DNA of 64,000 nt from Parcubacteria group bacterium GW2011_GWC1_36_108. GTDB lineage: Bacteria > Patescibacteriota > Minisyncoccia > Moranbacterales > GWC2-37-73. The first letter of the stretch is position 1. The number at the start of each line of letters is the position of its first letter. Below are positions 39,758 through 49,322 of this stretch, in pieces. The stretch spans positions 26,235 to 90,234 of the forward strand of contig LBRD01000004.1 of assembly GCA_000991245.1 (NCBI GenBank), read 5' to 3'. The position numbers and the translations under genes were made by a program. The notes under the pieces were generated by a model. The model ran no database searches. It had not been told where the DNA came from and saw nothing but the letters and a program-made list of their open reading frames with translations.

Positions 39758-40309
39758 TTAAAATTGGACTTTGACATTTTCTTTTTCTGCCTCATCAGCT
39801 GCAAAGAATTCTCTTTTAGTAAAATTTAACATTCCAGCAACGATGTTACTTGGAAAAGTTTCGATTTTAATGTTGAAATCCCTGACGTTTCCATTGTAAA
39901 ATCTTCGTGAAGCTTGAATTTTGTCTTCAGTATCAGTCAATTCTCTTTGAAGCTCTAGAAAGTTTTGATTTGCTTTCAAATCTGGATAATTTTCAGAAAC
40001 TGCAAACAACGATTTCAATGTTCCGGAAAGCATATTTTCTGCATCTTGTTTTTCTGCAGGACTTCCAGCGCTCATTGCAGCTGTTCGGGCTGCTGTTACT
40101 CGTTCAAACAATTCTTTTTCGTGAGTGGCATAACCTTTCACAGTGTTAATCAAATTTGGAATCAGATCATATCTTCGCTTGAGTTGCACATCAATATCAC
40201 TCCAAGCCTCATCAACTCTGTTTTTCAAAGTTACCAAGCTGTTGTAAACGCCAATTCCAAAAACAAGAAACAATCCCAGAGCGACCAGCACAATTAATAA
40301 AATACTCAT
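39758..40309 (-). CDS. lemA: LemA family protein
   Basis: 183 aa with an N-terminal TM segment. YNSLV...RRYDLIPNL...FYNGNVRDFN are LemA conserved blocks. Confidence 0.8.
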   Translation of the reverse strand: MSILLIVLVALGLFLVFGIGVYNSLVTLKNRVDEAWSDIDVQLKRRYDLIPNLINTVKGYATHEKELFERVTAARTAAMSAGSPAEKQDAENMLSGTLKSLFAVSENYPDLKANQNFLELQRELTDTEDKIQASRRFYNGNVRDFNIKIETFPSNIVAGMLNFTKREFFAADEAEKENVKVQF

Positions 40310-40474
40310 AAAAAATTTAACCGACTGTTTGCCGTAAAGATTACTGCAAAAGCGATTTTTTAATTAGACTTTGTAATATAATTATACATCAATTTTGCGA
40401 ATTTCCCAATTGAGAGAATTTAACTGAAATAATGTGCTATAATTAAGCAAGATTAATAATATAATACAACTCCT

Positions 40475-40915
40475 ATGGAATTTATTACGTCTTATGCAGT
40501 GTTTCTCATTCCAATTACAGTTGGAATTATCGTGCAAGCCATCAAATTTGTGCTTTACAGTTTAAAACACGGTTGGGACATTCGCTACGTCCTTACCCAC
40601 GGTCATATGCCAAGCGCGCACACAGCTTTTGCTTTTTCATTGGTTACATCCATTGGTTTTTATGAAGGAGTTCACACTGGGACATTTGCCGTTGCAATTG
40701 CGCTTGCCTTTCTTATTATCGATGATGCAACTCGTCTTCGAATGACTTTGGGCGACCAAGGAAAATATCTCAATATGCTCATTGGTCAACTTAATATAAA
40801 TGAAGAGAAATATCCCAGACTCAAAGAACGTATGGGTCACAAAGTAAGCGAAGTTATTGTCGGTGCTATCACTGGTCTTATTCTTACTACTATATTTATC
40901 AAGCTCCTAGCATAA
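40475..40915 (+). CDS. divergent PAP2/DUF212 (YuiD-like) membrane protein
   Basis: HGHMPSAHTA and DDATRLR match acid phosphatase/vanadium-haloperoxidase-related DUF212 motifs. Confidence 0.6.
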   Translation: MEFITSYAVFLIPITVGIIVQAIKFVLYSLKHGWDIRYVLTHGHMPSAHTAFAFSLVTSIGFYEGVHTGTFAVAIALAFLIIDDATRLRMTLGDQGKYLNMLIGQLNINEEKYPRLKERMGHKVSEVIVGAITGLILTTIFIKLLA

Positions 40916-40950
40916 TAGCTTTTTAGCTTTTCAGACATTAGCTTCTTAGT

Positions 40951-40984
40951 AACAAAAAATCACCGCAAGGTGATTTTTATTTGT
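40951..40984. terminator. bidirectional terminator
   Basis: aaaaaatcaccgcaaggtgattttt, flanked on both sides by inverted copies of the AGCTTTTCAG...TTAG 3' motif. Confidence 0.6.
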
Positions 40985-41023
40985 ATTTTTTTCTAACAAG
41001 CTAAAAAGCTAATGCCTGAAAAG

Positions 41024-42361
41024 CTATCTTACTAGTTCTTCTTCGATAACTTTCCGATCATTCCAAGGAATCTTCTTATCCCCAACTACCATCGTTTCAA
41101 AATCACCCATACCTGTGATGCAAATAATATCTCCCTCTTGAGCAATCTCAATCGCTTTTCTGATTGCTTCCCTCCTGTCGATAATTTTCCAAAAATTTTG
41201 CCCTTCTGTTTTATTTTTAATCCCAACAGCAATTTCTTCAATAATTTGCTCAGGTTTTTCATAGTACGGTTCATCATTTGTAAGAATGACAACATCAGCA
41301 TATTTGGAGACAACCCCCCCCATAATAGGTCGTTTTCCACGATCTCGATCGCCGCAAGAACCAAAAATAGCAATAATTTTAGAATCAGACTTTTTAGCCT
41401 GAAAAAGCGTGCTATAAAGCCTTTCCAAAGCATTTGGCGTCAAAGCAAAATCAACCAAAATATGCAGCCCTAAATCGTTTTCTACGGCCTCCATTCGCCC
41501 TGCCACGCCCTTTATTTTTGCCAGTGCGTCTTTAATCGTTTCTATCCCAATCTCCTCACTAAGGCCCACACACGTTGCAGCAAGGGCATTCTCGACATTA
41601 AAAAGTCCAGGCAATTGCAAATTGAGTCTAATACTTTTTTTCTCATCCATACCCGCCAATTTAGCAGCAGAAAAATTTCCTATTTCAAACGATGAGCCAT
41701 TAATTCCAATTTCAATGTTTTCCGCATTTACAATTTTTATTTTTACATTATCATTTTGATTTATGAGATTTGTACTTTCAATTTTTGTTGTGTATCCATA
41801 TTTTTTTTCCACATTAAAATTCACAAATTCATTAGGATTCTCCATATCTAAATTAACAATATTTGTTCCTTTATTTTTTTCTACATTTTCAAAAAGTTTT
41901 TTCTTCGCTTCACGATATTTTTCCATCGTCTTATGATAATCCAAATGCTCACGCGTAACATTAGTAATAACTGCCGTCTTATAGTCAACTCCCCACACAC
42001 GATATTGATCTAGTGAATGAGAAGATGTTTCCAAAACCAAATATTCACAGCCTGCATCAACAGCTTTTTTGATAAATTTTTGTAAAGTAAGGGCAGATTC
42101 GGTCGTGAAGTGAGAAAGATTTTTTTCCTCAACTCCATTAATTTTGAAATTAATCGTTGAAGCCATTGCAACTTTCCGGCCAGCTTCTTCCAAAATTTTT
42201 GTGACCATCTGAACAGTTGTTGTTTTTCCATCAGTTCCCGTAACACCAATTACCTTTAATTTTCGTGATGGAAAACCATACCAAACATTAGCCACAACGG
42301 CTTGCGCTAAGTGGTACAGGTTTTTAATATTTTGGGGAAAAAGTTTTTTAATATAGTGCAT
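41024..42361 (-). CDS. murE: Mur ligase family protein (MurE-like)
   Basis: GVTGTDGKTTT P-loop, a DxxREH-type region and C-terminal domain pattern of Mur ligases. MurE versus other Mur ligases was not resolved. Confidence 0.7.
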   Translation of the reverse strand: MHYIKKLFPQNIKNLYHLAQAVVANVWYGFPSRKLKVIGVTGTDGKTTTVQMVTKILEEAGRKVAMASTINFKINGVEEKNLSHFTTESALTLQKFIKKAVDAGCEYLVLETSSHSLDQYRVWGVDYKTAVITNVTREHLDYHKTMEKYREAKKKLFENVEKNKGTNIVNLDMENPNEFVNFNVEKKYGYTTKIESTNLINQNDNVKIKIVNAENIEIGINGSSFEIGNFSAAKLAGMDEKKSIRLNLQLPGLFNVENALAATCVGLSEEIGIETIKDALAKIKGVAGRMEAVENDLGLHILVDFALTPNALERLYSTLFQAKKSDSKIIAIFGSCGDRDRGKRPIMGGVVSKYADVVILTNDEPYYEKPEQIIEEIAVGIKNKTEGQNFWKIIDRREAIRKAIEIAQEGDIICITGMGDFETMVVGDKKIPWNDRKVIEEELVR

Positions 42362-42472
42362 ATATTAATAATTTTAAATTTTAAGTTTTAAATTTTAAAT
42401 GAATTTTTAATTATTTAATTTAAAATTTAGACATTTAGATTTGATTTAAAATTTTAAATTTAAAACTTAAAA

Positions 42473-43483
42473 TTATTTCTTGAATTTTACTGCAAAAGCC
42501 TTCGCTCTCTGCAGTCCTCGATAAACCGCATATTTCCTAGGGTTAATAATAATATCATAACTCCCAGGAAATTCAATGGATTTAGTATTCGGTGAAAAAC
42601 CCAGTTTGAAATTAGTGATTCCCTCCCAACTGTTATCACTATTAACGGTTTTAATACCTCCAAAATCGTAACGCGTGCAGCCTCTTTCTTTGGCTTCTAA
42701 AATCGCCTGCCATTGCAATAAAAATGGTGCCATCACATTTCTATTATCATTTGACGATGCCCCGTGCAAATATGTCGCAGTGTTTTCAAAAAACAAAACC
42801 AGATTTGCTGCAATTATTTTCCCTTCAAACTCAGCCACATAAATCTTGAGCATTTCCTCCGGCAAAGTCTCAATCATTTTTCGATAATATTCTTCTGGAT
42901 GCGCCACAATTCCCTGCCTCGCCGCCATTTCCTTTGTGAGTTTAAGAAAAATTTCTACATATTGATTGGAAATTGGAAATTGGAAATTGGAAATTGCTCG
43001 CACTAAAACATTATGTTTTATTGCGAGTTTTATATTATATCGTGTTTTAGGTTTCATTTCATTCAACAAAGTTTCCACGTCTTTTGAAATATCCAACACA
43101 AAAACTTCTTTCGGTTGCATATTGTGTGGAGCTTTAACAACTTTTTCTGAAATATTTTCTTTTATCATTTCCAACATCTGATCACTTTCCGGTTCAACCC
43201 TAATCCAACCAGCATTTTCTTTTTTTCCCAATTCAATCAACCCCCACATCCCATTTTTAATTTTGTCATTTGGATTTTGGATTTCATTGGAAATTGGAAA
43301 TTGGAAATTGGAAATTACAGGCCCTCTAGGACTGTAAAAATATTTCCCCACAATCGGCAAAACATGCTCAATAATACTCGCTGAAAATGCGTCATTTTCA
43401 ACAAAATGTGTTTTTCTCCCAACAGCTTCCTGAAACTTTCGCCATTGCTGCGATTGTAGAATTTCTTTATTTTCCATACCCAA
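42473..43483 (-). CDS. FemAB-family peptidyltransferase with two in-frame heptamer-repeat insertions
   Basis: YLHGASSNDNRNVMAPFLLQWQAILEAKERGCTRYDFGG is the Fem/GNAT-like C-domain. Two ISNFQFPISN inserts are encoded by satellites at 42966-42995 and 43270-43316. Confidence 0.7.
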   Translation of the reverse strand: MGMENKEILQSQQWRKFQEAVGRKTHFVENDAFSASIIEHVLPIVGKYFYSPRGPVISNFQFPISNEIQNPNDKIKNGMWGLIELGKKENAGWIRVEPESDQMLEMIKENISEKVVKAPHNMQPKEVFVLDISKDVETLLNEMKPKTRYNIKLAIKHNVLVRAISNFQFPISNQYVEIFLKLTKEMAARQGIVAHPEEYYRKMIETLPEEMLKIYVAEFEGKIIAANLVLFFENTATYLHGASSNDNRNVMAPFLLQWQAILEAKERGCTRYDFGGIKTVNSDNSWEGITNFKLGFSPNTKSIEFPGSYDIIINPRKYAVYRGLQRAKAFAVKFKK

Positions 43484-43549
43484 ATTATATCAGTAAATCA
43501 GAGAAAACAAAAAGAGTCTCGATTTCTCGAGACTCTTAAAAATTTTTGA

Positions 43550-44170
43550 TTAATTTGCTGCCCAAACTTGAAATGTTGAACCAGTATCGCCAGAAGTATT
43601 TCCAAGATCTTCCCAATGACTTGAATTATTAAAATTAGGACCGCCATCTTTGCATTTTGTTTCACCTGTTGCATTATCAGTTCTACAACAAATAAGCTGA
43701 TTAGCAGCACTACCAAGAAAACATGAAAGCGCATAGCCAGTTCCTGCCGTTGCAGCCACTGCCACATTCACAGCTCTCACGGTATTGTTATACGTTCCGA
43801 CAGATTTAATGTTGGCAATTTCATTTTTATCAGCACTGCATCCAAGTGCAGTTCCACTAGTATTAAAAAAAGTCAGTTCATATGAAGAACCTGATGGTCC
43901 AACATCCGTGCCGGTAACTTTACCATCAGAACAACCCGTTCCAAACCCTGTAAATACTGTTGATATTGTTCCTTGGTTACTTAATTTCTTCAAAGCCAAC
44001 TGCACTCCGCTGTCCGCGGTTTGGAGTGATTGCATTGAAAATTCAGTGCCGCTTGCACCTTTTTTTTCAACAATAGCCACAACAGAAAGTGTTCCAGCAA
44101 TTGCAATCATCACAGAAATGATAACCAAGGAATACGCCAAGATTGAACCCTGTTTTTTTTCTTTGTTCAT
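43550..44170 (-). CDS. Gly/Thr/Ser-rich membrane-anchored secreted protein, possibly pilin-like
   Basis: The N-terminal KKQGSILAYSLVIISVMIAIAG has a hydrophobic helix after a Gly but lacks the canonical +5 Glu of type IV pilins. Several Cys pairs are present. Confidence 0.4.
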   Translation of the reverse strand: MNKEKKQGSILAYSLVIISVMIAIAGTLSVVAIVEKKGASGTEFSMQSLQTADSGVQLALKKLSNQGTISTVFTGFGTGCSDGKVTGTDVGPSGSSYELTFFNTSGTALGCSADKNEIANIKSVGTYNNTVRAVNVAVAATAGTGYALSCFLGSAANQLICCRTDNATGETKCKDGGPNFNNSSHWEDLGNTSGDTGSTFQVWAAN

Positions 44171-44264
44171 TTTTTTATTTACCCCGTGAAATTATTTTGT
44201 ACTCAAAATACTATTTCACTGGGGTTATTTTATTTTTACGTATTTCTATTATACCACACTTTTT

Positions 44265-44837
44265 CTATTTTTTGCCAAGACTCTTGAGCGCAAGTTTCAC
44301 TCTTTCTCCGACATCTTTAATGTCATTTGAAATCAATTTTAAGGCTTCGCGAGATTCACTGACAGAATATCCCATCGCCACCAATGCCTCAAAAGCATCT
44401 GAGTCGCTTTCGAGTTGTGCTTTTTCGCCGCTTGGCATATTGGTGATTTTGTTTTTCAGTTCCAAAATAACGCGCTGCGCAATTTTCTTTCCAACGCCAG
44501 AAACTCTGGTCAAAATCGATGGGTCTTCATTGAGAACTGCCATACTGATTGTTTTCGGATCAGCAATTGCCAAAATCCCCATCGCAGCTTTTGGTCCGAT
44601 TCCTGAAATAGAAATCAGGAGTTCAAACATTTCAAGTTCTGCAATCTCCAAAAAACCATAGAGTGCCAACGTGTCTTCTCGCACATAAGTATGCGTATAA
44701 AGTTCTATGTCAGATTTTCCAGCCACCATTCCAAAAGTATGCACGGTCACAAAAACTTTGTACCCAACACCACTGACATCAACAATGACATAATTGTCGT
44801 GCATTAAATCAATTTTACCTCGAAGCTTTGCTATCAT
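44265..44837 (-). CDS. ruvA: Holliday junction helicase subunit RuvA
   Basis: IAKLRGKI start, HhH motifs GIGPKAA and VSGVGKKIAQRV, and the C-terminal domain III. Confidence 0.85.
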   Translation of the reverse strand: MIAKLRGKIDLMHDNYVIVDVSGVGYKVFVTVHTFGMVAGKSDIELYTHTYVREDTLALYGFLEIAELEMFELLISISGIGPKAAMGILAIADPKTISMAVLNEDPSILTRVSGVGKKIAQRVILELKNKITNMPSGEKAQLESDSDAFEALVAMGYSVSESREALKLISNDIKDVGERVKLALKSLGKK

Positions 44838-44900
44838 CCTTTTCTAAATAATTTTAAATTTTAAATTTAAAATTTAAAATGAATTTTTAATTGATAAATT

Positions 44901-47285
44901 TTAAATTATCAAACACGCGGTACACCCACCACCACAGTCTTTGCCTGTTTCATTTCCATTTTGAATACCATCCGAGCAAGTCGGAGTTACCACTACTGGC
45001 TCTTGTTCTGGTTCCGGCTCTGGCTCGGGCTCTTCTTTCGGTTTGAAATATTCTTCTTTGCATTCCAAAGTTGGAATAGGATCAAGATCTTTGTTCTTTT
45101 TCTTGTCTTTTTTAAACCAATCTTGCACACCCTTTTCCCAATTTTTATATTGAGAATCATCGGATGGATCTTTTGGATAATCTCCTCGTGGATCATCTTT
45201 TTTCACATAAAATAAAATACTGTGAACTTCCCCGAATGTTTTTTTGTCTGAAGTTCCATCAGGACAAGAATCATTTGCCAAGCAATAATCTCCTTTGTAA
45301 TCCTTGGCATCCATTTCGCACACCTTTACATCTTCTTTAATGTCTTGTTCTCCATTGAGAATTGGTTTGCCGGCATCTTCTTTTTCATATTTTGGAAATT
45401 GTTCAGCCGCACTGTTTCCCAATGCAAAATTCATAAACGATCTCCAAATCGGAGCAGCCACATAAATTCCATCAGCACCGACTTTCATAGAGGAGTTGTC
45501 ATTGTTTCCAGCCCAAACCCCCACTGCAATTGACGGCGTGTACCCCATTGCCCAACCATCGCGAAATTCATTGGTTGTTCCAGTCTTGGCCGCAACTTGG
45601 CGATCTGAAAATTTGAAAGGATTATTGTCTCCAAACACAGGTGCTCTGAGTTCATTGGTCGACATAATATAATCAAGCATAGCAACATATTTTTCTTCAA
45701 CAATTCTTTGCCCAGCGCTTTGTTTGAATTCTTCCAAAACCGCTCCGTCCTTATCTTGAATTTTCAAAATTGCAGTTTTGTCATAGTGAATTCCTCCTGT
45801 GGCCAAACCACCATACGCATTAACGTGATCAAGTAATGTCACTTCTCCACCTCCGAGTACCAAAGACAAACCGTATCGTTCAGGTTGATTGAGACCTTTT
45901 ATTCCAAGCCCTTTTGCAAGTTGAATTGAATCTTTCACTCCTGCCAAATACAAAGTTTTCACAGCAGGAATGTTGAGCGACATAGCCAATGCATTTTTCA
46001 TTTGAAGCGGTCCTTTGAATTTTCCATCATAATTTTGCGGCTTGTAATCTTTTCCTTCATCGGTACTAAAGTTTGTTGCCACATCATATAATAATGTTTC
46101 TGGGGTGTAACCTTTCGTAAAAGCTGTCAGATAAACATATGGTTTAAATGAAGACCCCGGTTGACGATCAGCCAAAGCCACGTTAACTTGCCCATCAATT
46201 GATTTGTCAAAATAATTTTTCGAGCCAACCATCGCCAAAATTTGTCCAGTTTTTGGATCCATTGCTACCAACGCTGCATTGCTGGCATTTTGAGCTTTGT
46301 TTTTTTCAGCTCCTTCTACGACTGCTTTTTCTGCTGCCTTCTGTTTGTCCCAATCAAGCGTAGTATAAACTTTTAGTCCTCCTTGCTCTACCGCCTGTTC
46401 TCCATATTTCTGTTCCAAATATTCTTTTACATACATCACAAAATGAGGAGCTTGAATATTATCTTGTTTTGGAGTTATTGCTGCAAAGATATCCACGCCT
46501 TTAGCTTCGTCTGCCTGCTCTTGCGTGATATATCCCAAATCAGCCATTTTTCTAAGTGCAGAATTTTTTCTTCCAACTAAAGCATCCCGATGAGAACCAA
46601 AAGGCGAATAATACGTTGGCGCGTTTGGCAGTGAAGCCAAAAGAACAGCCTCAGCAAGATTTAAATCCTTTGCTGATTTTGAAAAAAATGTTTGAGCTGC
46701 CGCTTCAATCCCATAGGCACTTGAACCATACGGAATTTGATTAAGATACATTGCTAAGATTTCATCTTTGGAATATTTTTGCTCCAATTCTATAGCAAGA
46801 ATAACTTCTTTTATTTTTCGCGTGAATGTTTTCTCGTCACTAAGCAATGATTTTTTAATAAACTGCTGTGTAATCGTGCTACCACCTTGTGCAGCCCCAC
46901 CTTTTATAATATCTTTAAAAGCTGATCGCAAAATAGCTTTCGGGTTTACTCCGAAATGCGAATAAAATTCCTGATCTTCCAAAGCAATAGTCGCATACTT
47001 CACATTATCCGGAATTTGCGCAAAAGGTATAACTGTTCTTTTCTCCTCCCCGTGTACATCATACAAAAGATGCTCACCGGAGCGATCGTAAATTTTGGTT
47101 GATTGCGCAATCAGTTTTGCATCCACCGAATTTGCACTCGGCAAATCCTTGGCAAAATACAAAAAGATTCCAACTACACTTAAAAATCCAACACCAAAAA
47201 GATACAGGGAAATTTTCCCTACAATTTTCCATTTATCTTTATTGGAAGAACTTTTAAAATTTCTTGAAATAAATATTTGATTCAT
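44901..47285 (-). CDS. class A penicillin-binding protein (glycosyltransferase+transpeptidase) with a PE-repeat linker and Cys-rich tail
   Basis: GT51 motifs (EDQEFYSHFGV, GGSTITQQ) and the transpeptidase SxxK/SxN-type blocks. The C-terminus is EPEPEPEPEQEP followed by CSDGIQNGNETGKDCGGGCTAC. Confidence 0.85.
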   Translation of the reverse strand: MNQIFISRNFKSSSNKDKWKIVGKISLYLFGVGFLSVVGIFLYFAKDLPSANSVDAKLIAQSTKIYDRSGEHLLYDVHGEEKRTVIPFAQIPDNVKYATIALEDQEFYSHFGVNPKAILRSAFKDIIKGGAAQGGSTITQQFIKKSLLSDEKTFTRKIKEVILAIELEQKYSKDEILAMYLNQIPYGSSAYGIEAAAQTFFSKSAKDLNLAEAVLLASLPNAPTYYSPFGSHRDALVGRKNSALRKMADLGYITQEQADEAKGVDIFAAITPKQDNIQAPHFVMYVKEYLEQKYGEQAVEQGGLKVYTTLDWDKQKAAEKAVVEGAEKNKAQNASNAALVAMDPKTGQILAMVGSKNYFDKSIDGQVNVALADRQPGSSFKPYVYLTAFTKGYTPETLLYDVATNFSTDEGKDYKPQNYDGKFKGPLQMKNALAMSLNIPAVKTLYLAGVKDSIQLAKGLGIKGLNQPERYGLSLVLGGGEVTLLDHVNAYGGLATGGIHYDKTAILKIQDKDGAVLEEFKQSAGQRIVEEKYVAMLDYIMSTNELRAPVFGDNNPFKFSDRQVAAKTGTTNEFRDGWAMGYTPSIAVGVWAGNNDNSSMKVGADGIYVAAPIWRSFMNFALGNSAAEQFPKYEKEDAGKPILNGEQDIKEDVKVCEMDAKDYKGDYCLANDSCPDGTSDKKTFGEVHSILFYVKKDDPRGDYPKDPSDDSQYKNWEKGVQDWFKKDKKKNKDLDPIPTLECKEEYFKPKEEPEPEPEPEQEPVVVTPTCSDGIQNGNETGKDCGGGCTACLII

Positions 47286-47458
47286 ATTAAAATACTAACT
47301 TAGTAAATTACTTCGCAAAAGAAGTTACTTTCTAAATATATTATATGCTTAAAACGGCTTTTTTCAAAGCCGCTCTAGTATACAGGAAACTGATTATTTA
47401 TCAAGAGAAAAAAGAAAAAACAATCAACTAGTGATTGTTTTTTCAATAAAACTTTTTA

Positions 47459-48328
47459 TCAAACACTTTTATGCTGTTTTTGTCTTTTTTTAATAGCATA
47501 TTTAATAATGTATTCGGCTGGATTTATTCCAGTTATTAATTTGAATTTTTCCCACTGTGGAGAGACATTAACTTCAATGACATAGGTTTTTCCTTCATAT
47601 TCAAACAGATCCACGCCCGCTATTTCATAGTCCATCGCTGCTGTTGATTCCAAGGCAACTTTTTTCATCTCTACGCTAACCTCTATTTTTTCAGCTTTGG
47701 TTCCACGAATATTGGATTTATATTGCCCTTCATTAATAAAACGTTGAAACCCACCGATAACTTCGCCACCGACAACAAAGATTCTAAAATCATTTACGAT
47801 TGGAAAATATTGTTGCGCTAAATATTCAGTTGTATTTTTTTCAAAAAATTCCAGCGCTTCGTTGGCTGTGTTTAATTTCTGAATCCCCCTACCCTTTCTT
47901 CCAAAAATCGGTTTAGCAATAATAGGAAATTCTACGTCTTCTGTTAACCTTTTCCATCCTTCAAAATTATTAGCTTGAAATGTTGCTGGATGATCGATAC
48001 CACATTCAAAAAGTCTTTTGGCTTGATGCATTTTTCCTCGCACATAACCGCCAGCGAGTGATTGTTCAATAACTATTTTATCATTATCTACCAGCATTTC
48101 AGCTAATAGCTGTGCTTCATAAATATGATTATTATATCCCCTGAAAATAACCACATCAAAATCGCAGATGTCCAACTCGCCACACATCGCTGCAAGATTG
48201 TCACCAATAGTTTCAAAAGTAATTTCCGAAAATTTACAGACTATTCCTTGATGACCAGCTTTTTCAATAGCATCAAGCAAATCTTGAGTGTTTTCAGTTA
48301 GTGAACCAATGATAATAAATTTCAACAT
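47459..48328 (-). CDS. RimK-like ATP-grasp amidoligase
   Basis: 289 aa. FPIIAKPIFGRKGRGI, FRIFVVGGEVIGG and GVDLFEYEGKTYVIEVNVSP follow the RimK order of ATP-grasp motifs. Confidence 0.7.
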   Translation of the reverse strand: MLKFIIIGSLTENTQDLLDAIEKAGHQGIVCKFSEITFETIGDNLAAMCGELDICDFDVVIFRGYNNHIYEAQLLAEMLVDNDKIVIEQSLAGGYVRGKMHQAKRLFECGIDHPATFQANNFEGWKRLTEDVEFPIIAKPIFGRKGRGIQKLNTANEALEFFEKNTTEYLAQQYFPIVNDFRIFVVGGEVIGGFQRFINEGQYKSNIRGTKAEKIEVSVEMKKVALESTAAMDYEIAGVDLFEYEGKTYVIEVNVSPQWEKFKLITGINPAEYIIKYAIKKRQKQHKSV

Positions 48329-48342
48329 ATTTTTAAATTATA

Positions 48343-49311
48343 TTAAGCAATGTTTTCAATAAAAGCATCAAAATCTTTCTGTTGTAATTCCTTATCGTTA
48401 AGCGCTTCGATCAAACAAAGGCCTGGAACAGAATTCATTTCAATAAAAAGTGGTTCACCTTTTTCGTTAAAAAAGAAATCCAAAGAATATTGAGCACGCG
48501 CAAACATTTTTAATTTTGCAGTAATTTTTTCTGTTACATCCAAAACACTTTGCGGTATTTTCTCAAGCGGAACACGTTTACTCGTTGCTCCCTGATGCAT
48601 ATTAGTAAACAGAGACCCTCCTTGAGCAATTCGAGAAAGAGCATAAAGTGGCTGGTGATTAATGTAAGTAATTCTAAGATCTGCCAATTCACCTTTTTCA
48701 GAAAATCCAGGAATACCATTTTCATTTTTAACAAATTCTTGTAACAGCATCGGATAAATAAACTTTTCTTTTAAAATAGTTTCTTTATTACCAATAACAA
48801 TACCAAATCCGCCAGAGCCCTGAAGAGGTTTGGCAACAATTTTTGATGTTTTTATTTTTTCAATTGCAATTTTCAGGTCATTTAAGTTCATTGCCACGAA
48901 TGTTTTCGGCATATATTCAGAAAACAAAGCGTACTGCGAAAGTTTACTATCAACCATGGCTCGAAAAAGCGGATTATTAAAAACGATTGAATTGCTGGCC
49001 ATAGCCATTTTTAAATCAAACAACTTATGCTCGCTAGAGCCAGGCGTCTTATCATAAATAAGATCAGCTGTGATTTCTTTTTCAACTCTTTGCCATTTGC
49101 CGCTCCTAAAAGCCCATGCCTTGATAAAAATATTTTTCTTGATATCATACCAATCCACACTTGCACGATACATTTGAATATTTTTTTCAAGCGCCATAGT
49201 GTGCCATTTTTCAAAAGCTCTTCTTGTTTCTTCGTACGATATTGGAATTTCCCTATCCCAATCATCGCCTGTATAAATAACAACTATGTTTTTACTTTTT
49301 TCGTTTTCCAT
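48343..49311 (-). CDS. ATP-grasp domain protein (second ligase of the cluster)
   Basis: 322 aa. IVAKPLQGSGGFGI, ADLRITYINHQPLYA and IEMNSVPG are ATP-grasp blocks. The gene is 14 bp from the upstream gene. Confidence 0.65.
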   Translation of the reverse strand: MENEKSKNIVVIYTGDDWDREIPISYEETRRAFEKWHTMALEKNIQMYRASVDWYDIKKNIFIKAWAFRSGKWQRVEKEITADLIYDKTPGSSEHKLFDLKMAMASNSIVFNNPLFRAMVDSKLSQYALFSEYMPKTFVAMNLNDLKIAIEKIKTSKIVAKPLQGSGGFGIVIGNKETILKEKFIYPMLLQEFVKNENGIPGFSEKGELADLRITYINHQPLYALSRIAQGGSLFTNMHQGATSKRVPLEKIPQSVLDVTEKITAKLKMFARAQYSLDFFFNEKGEPLFIEMNSVPGLCLIEALNDKELQQKDFDAFIENIA

Positions 49312-49322
49312 AAAATACTTTA

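Noticed and set aside
43498-43767. 89-aa - strand ORF
   Set aside because: It overlaps the 3' part of the 43550..44170 gene in another frame. The longer ORF has a signal/TM N-terminus and is preferred.
43550-44170. Canonical type IV pilin
   Set aside because: The N-terminus lacks the G-F-T-L-I-E class III signal, in particular the +5 Glu. It is called only as pilin-like or an unknown secreted protein.
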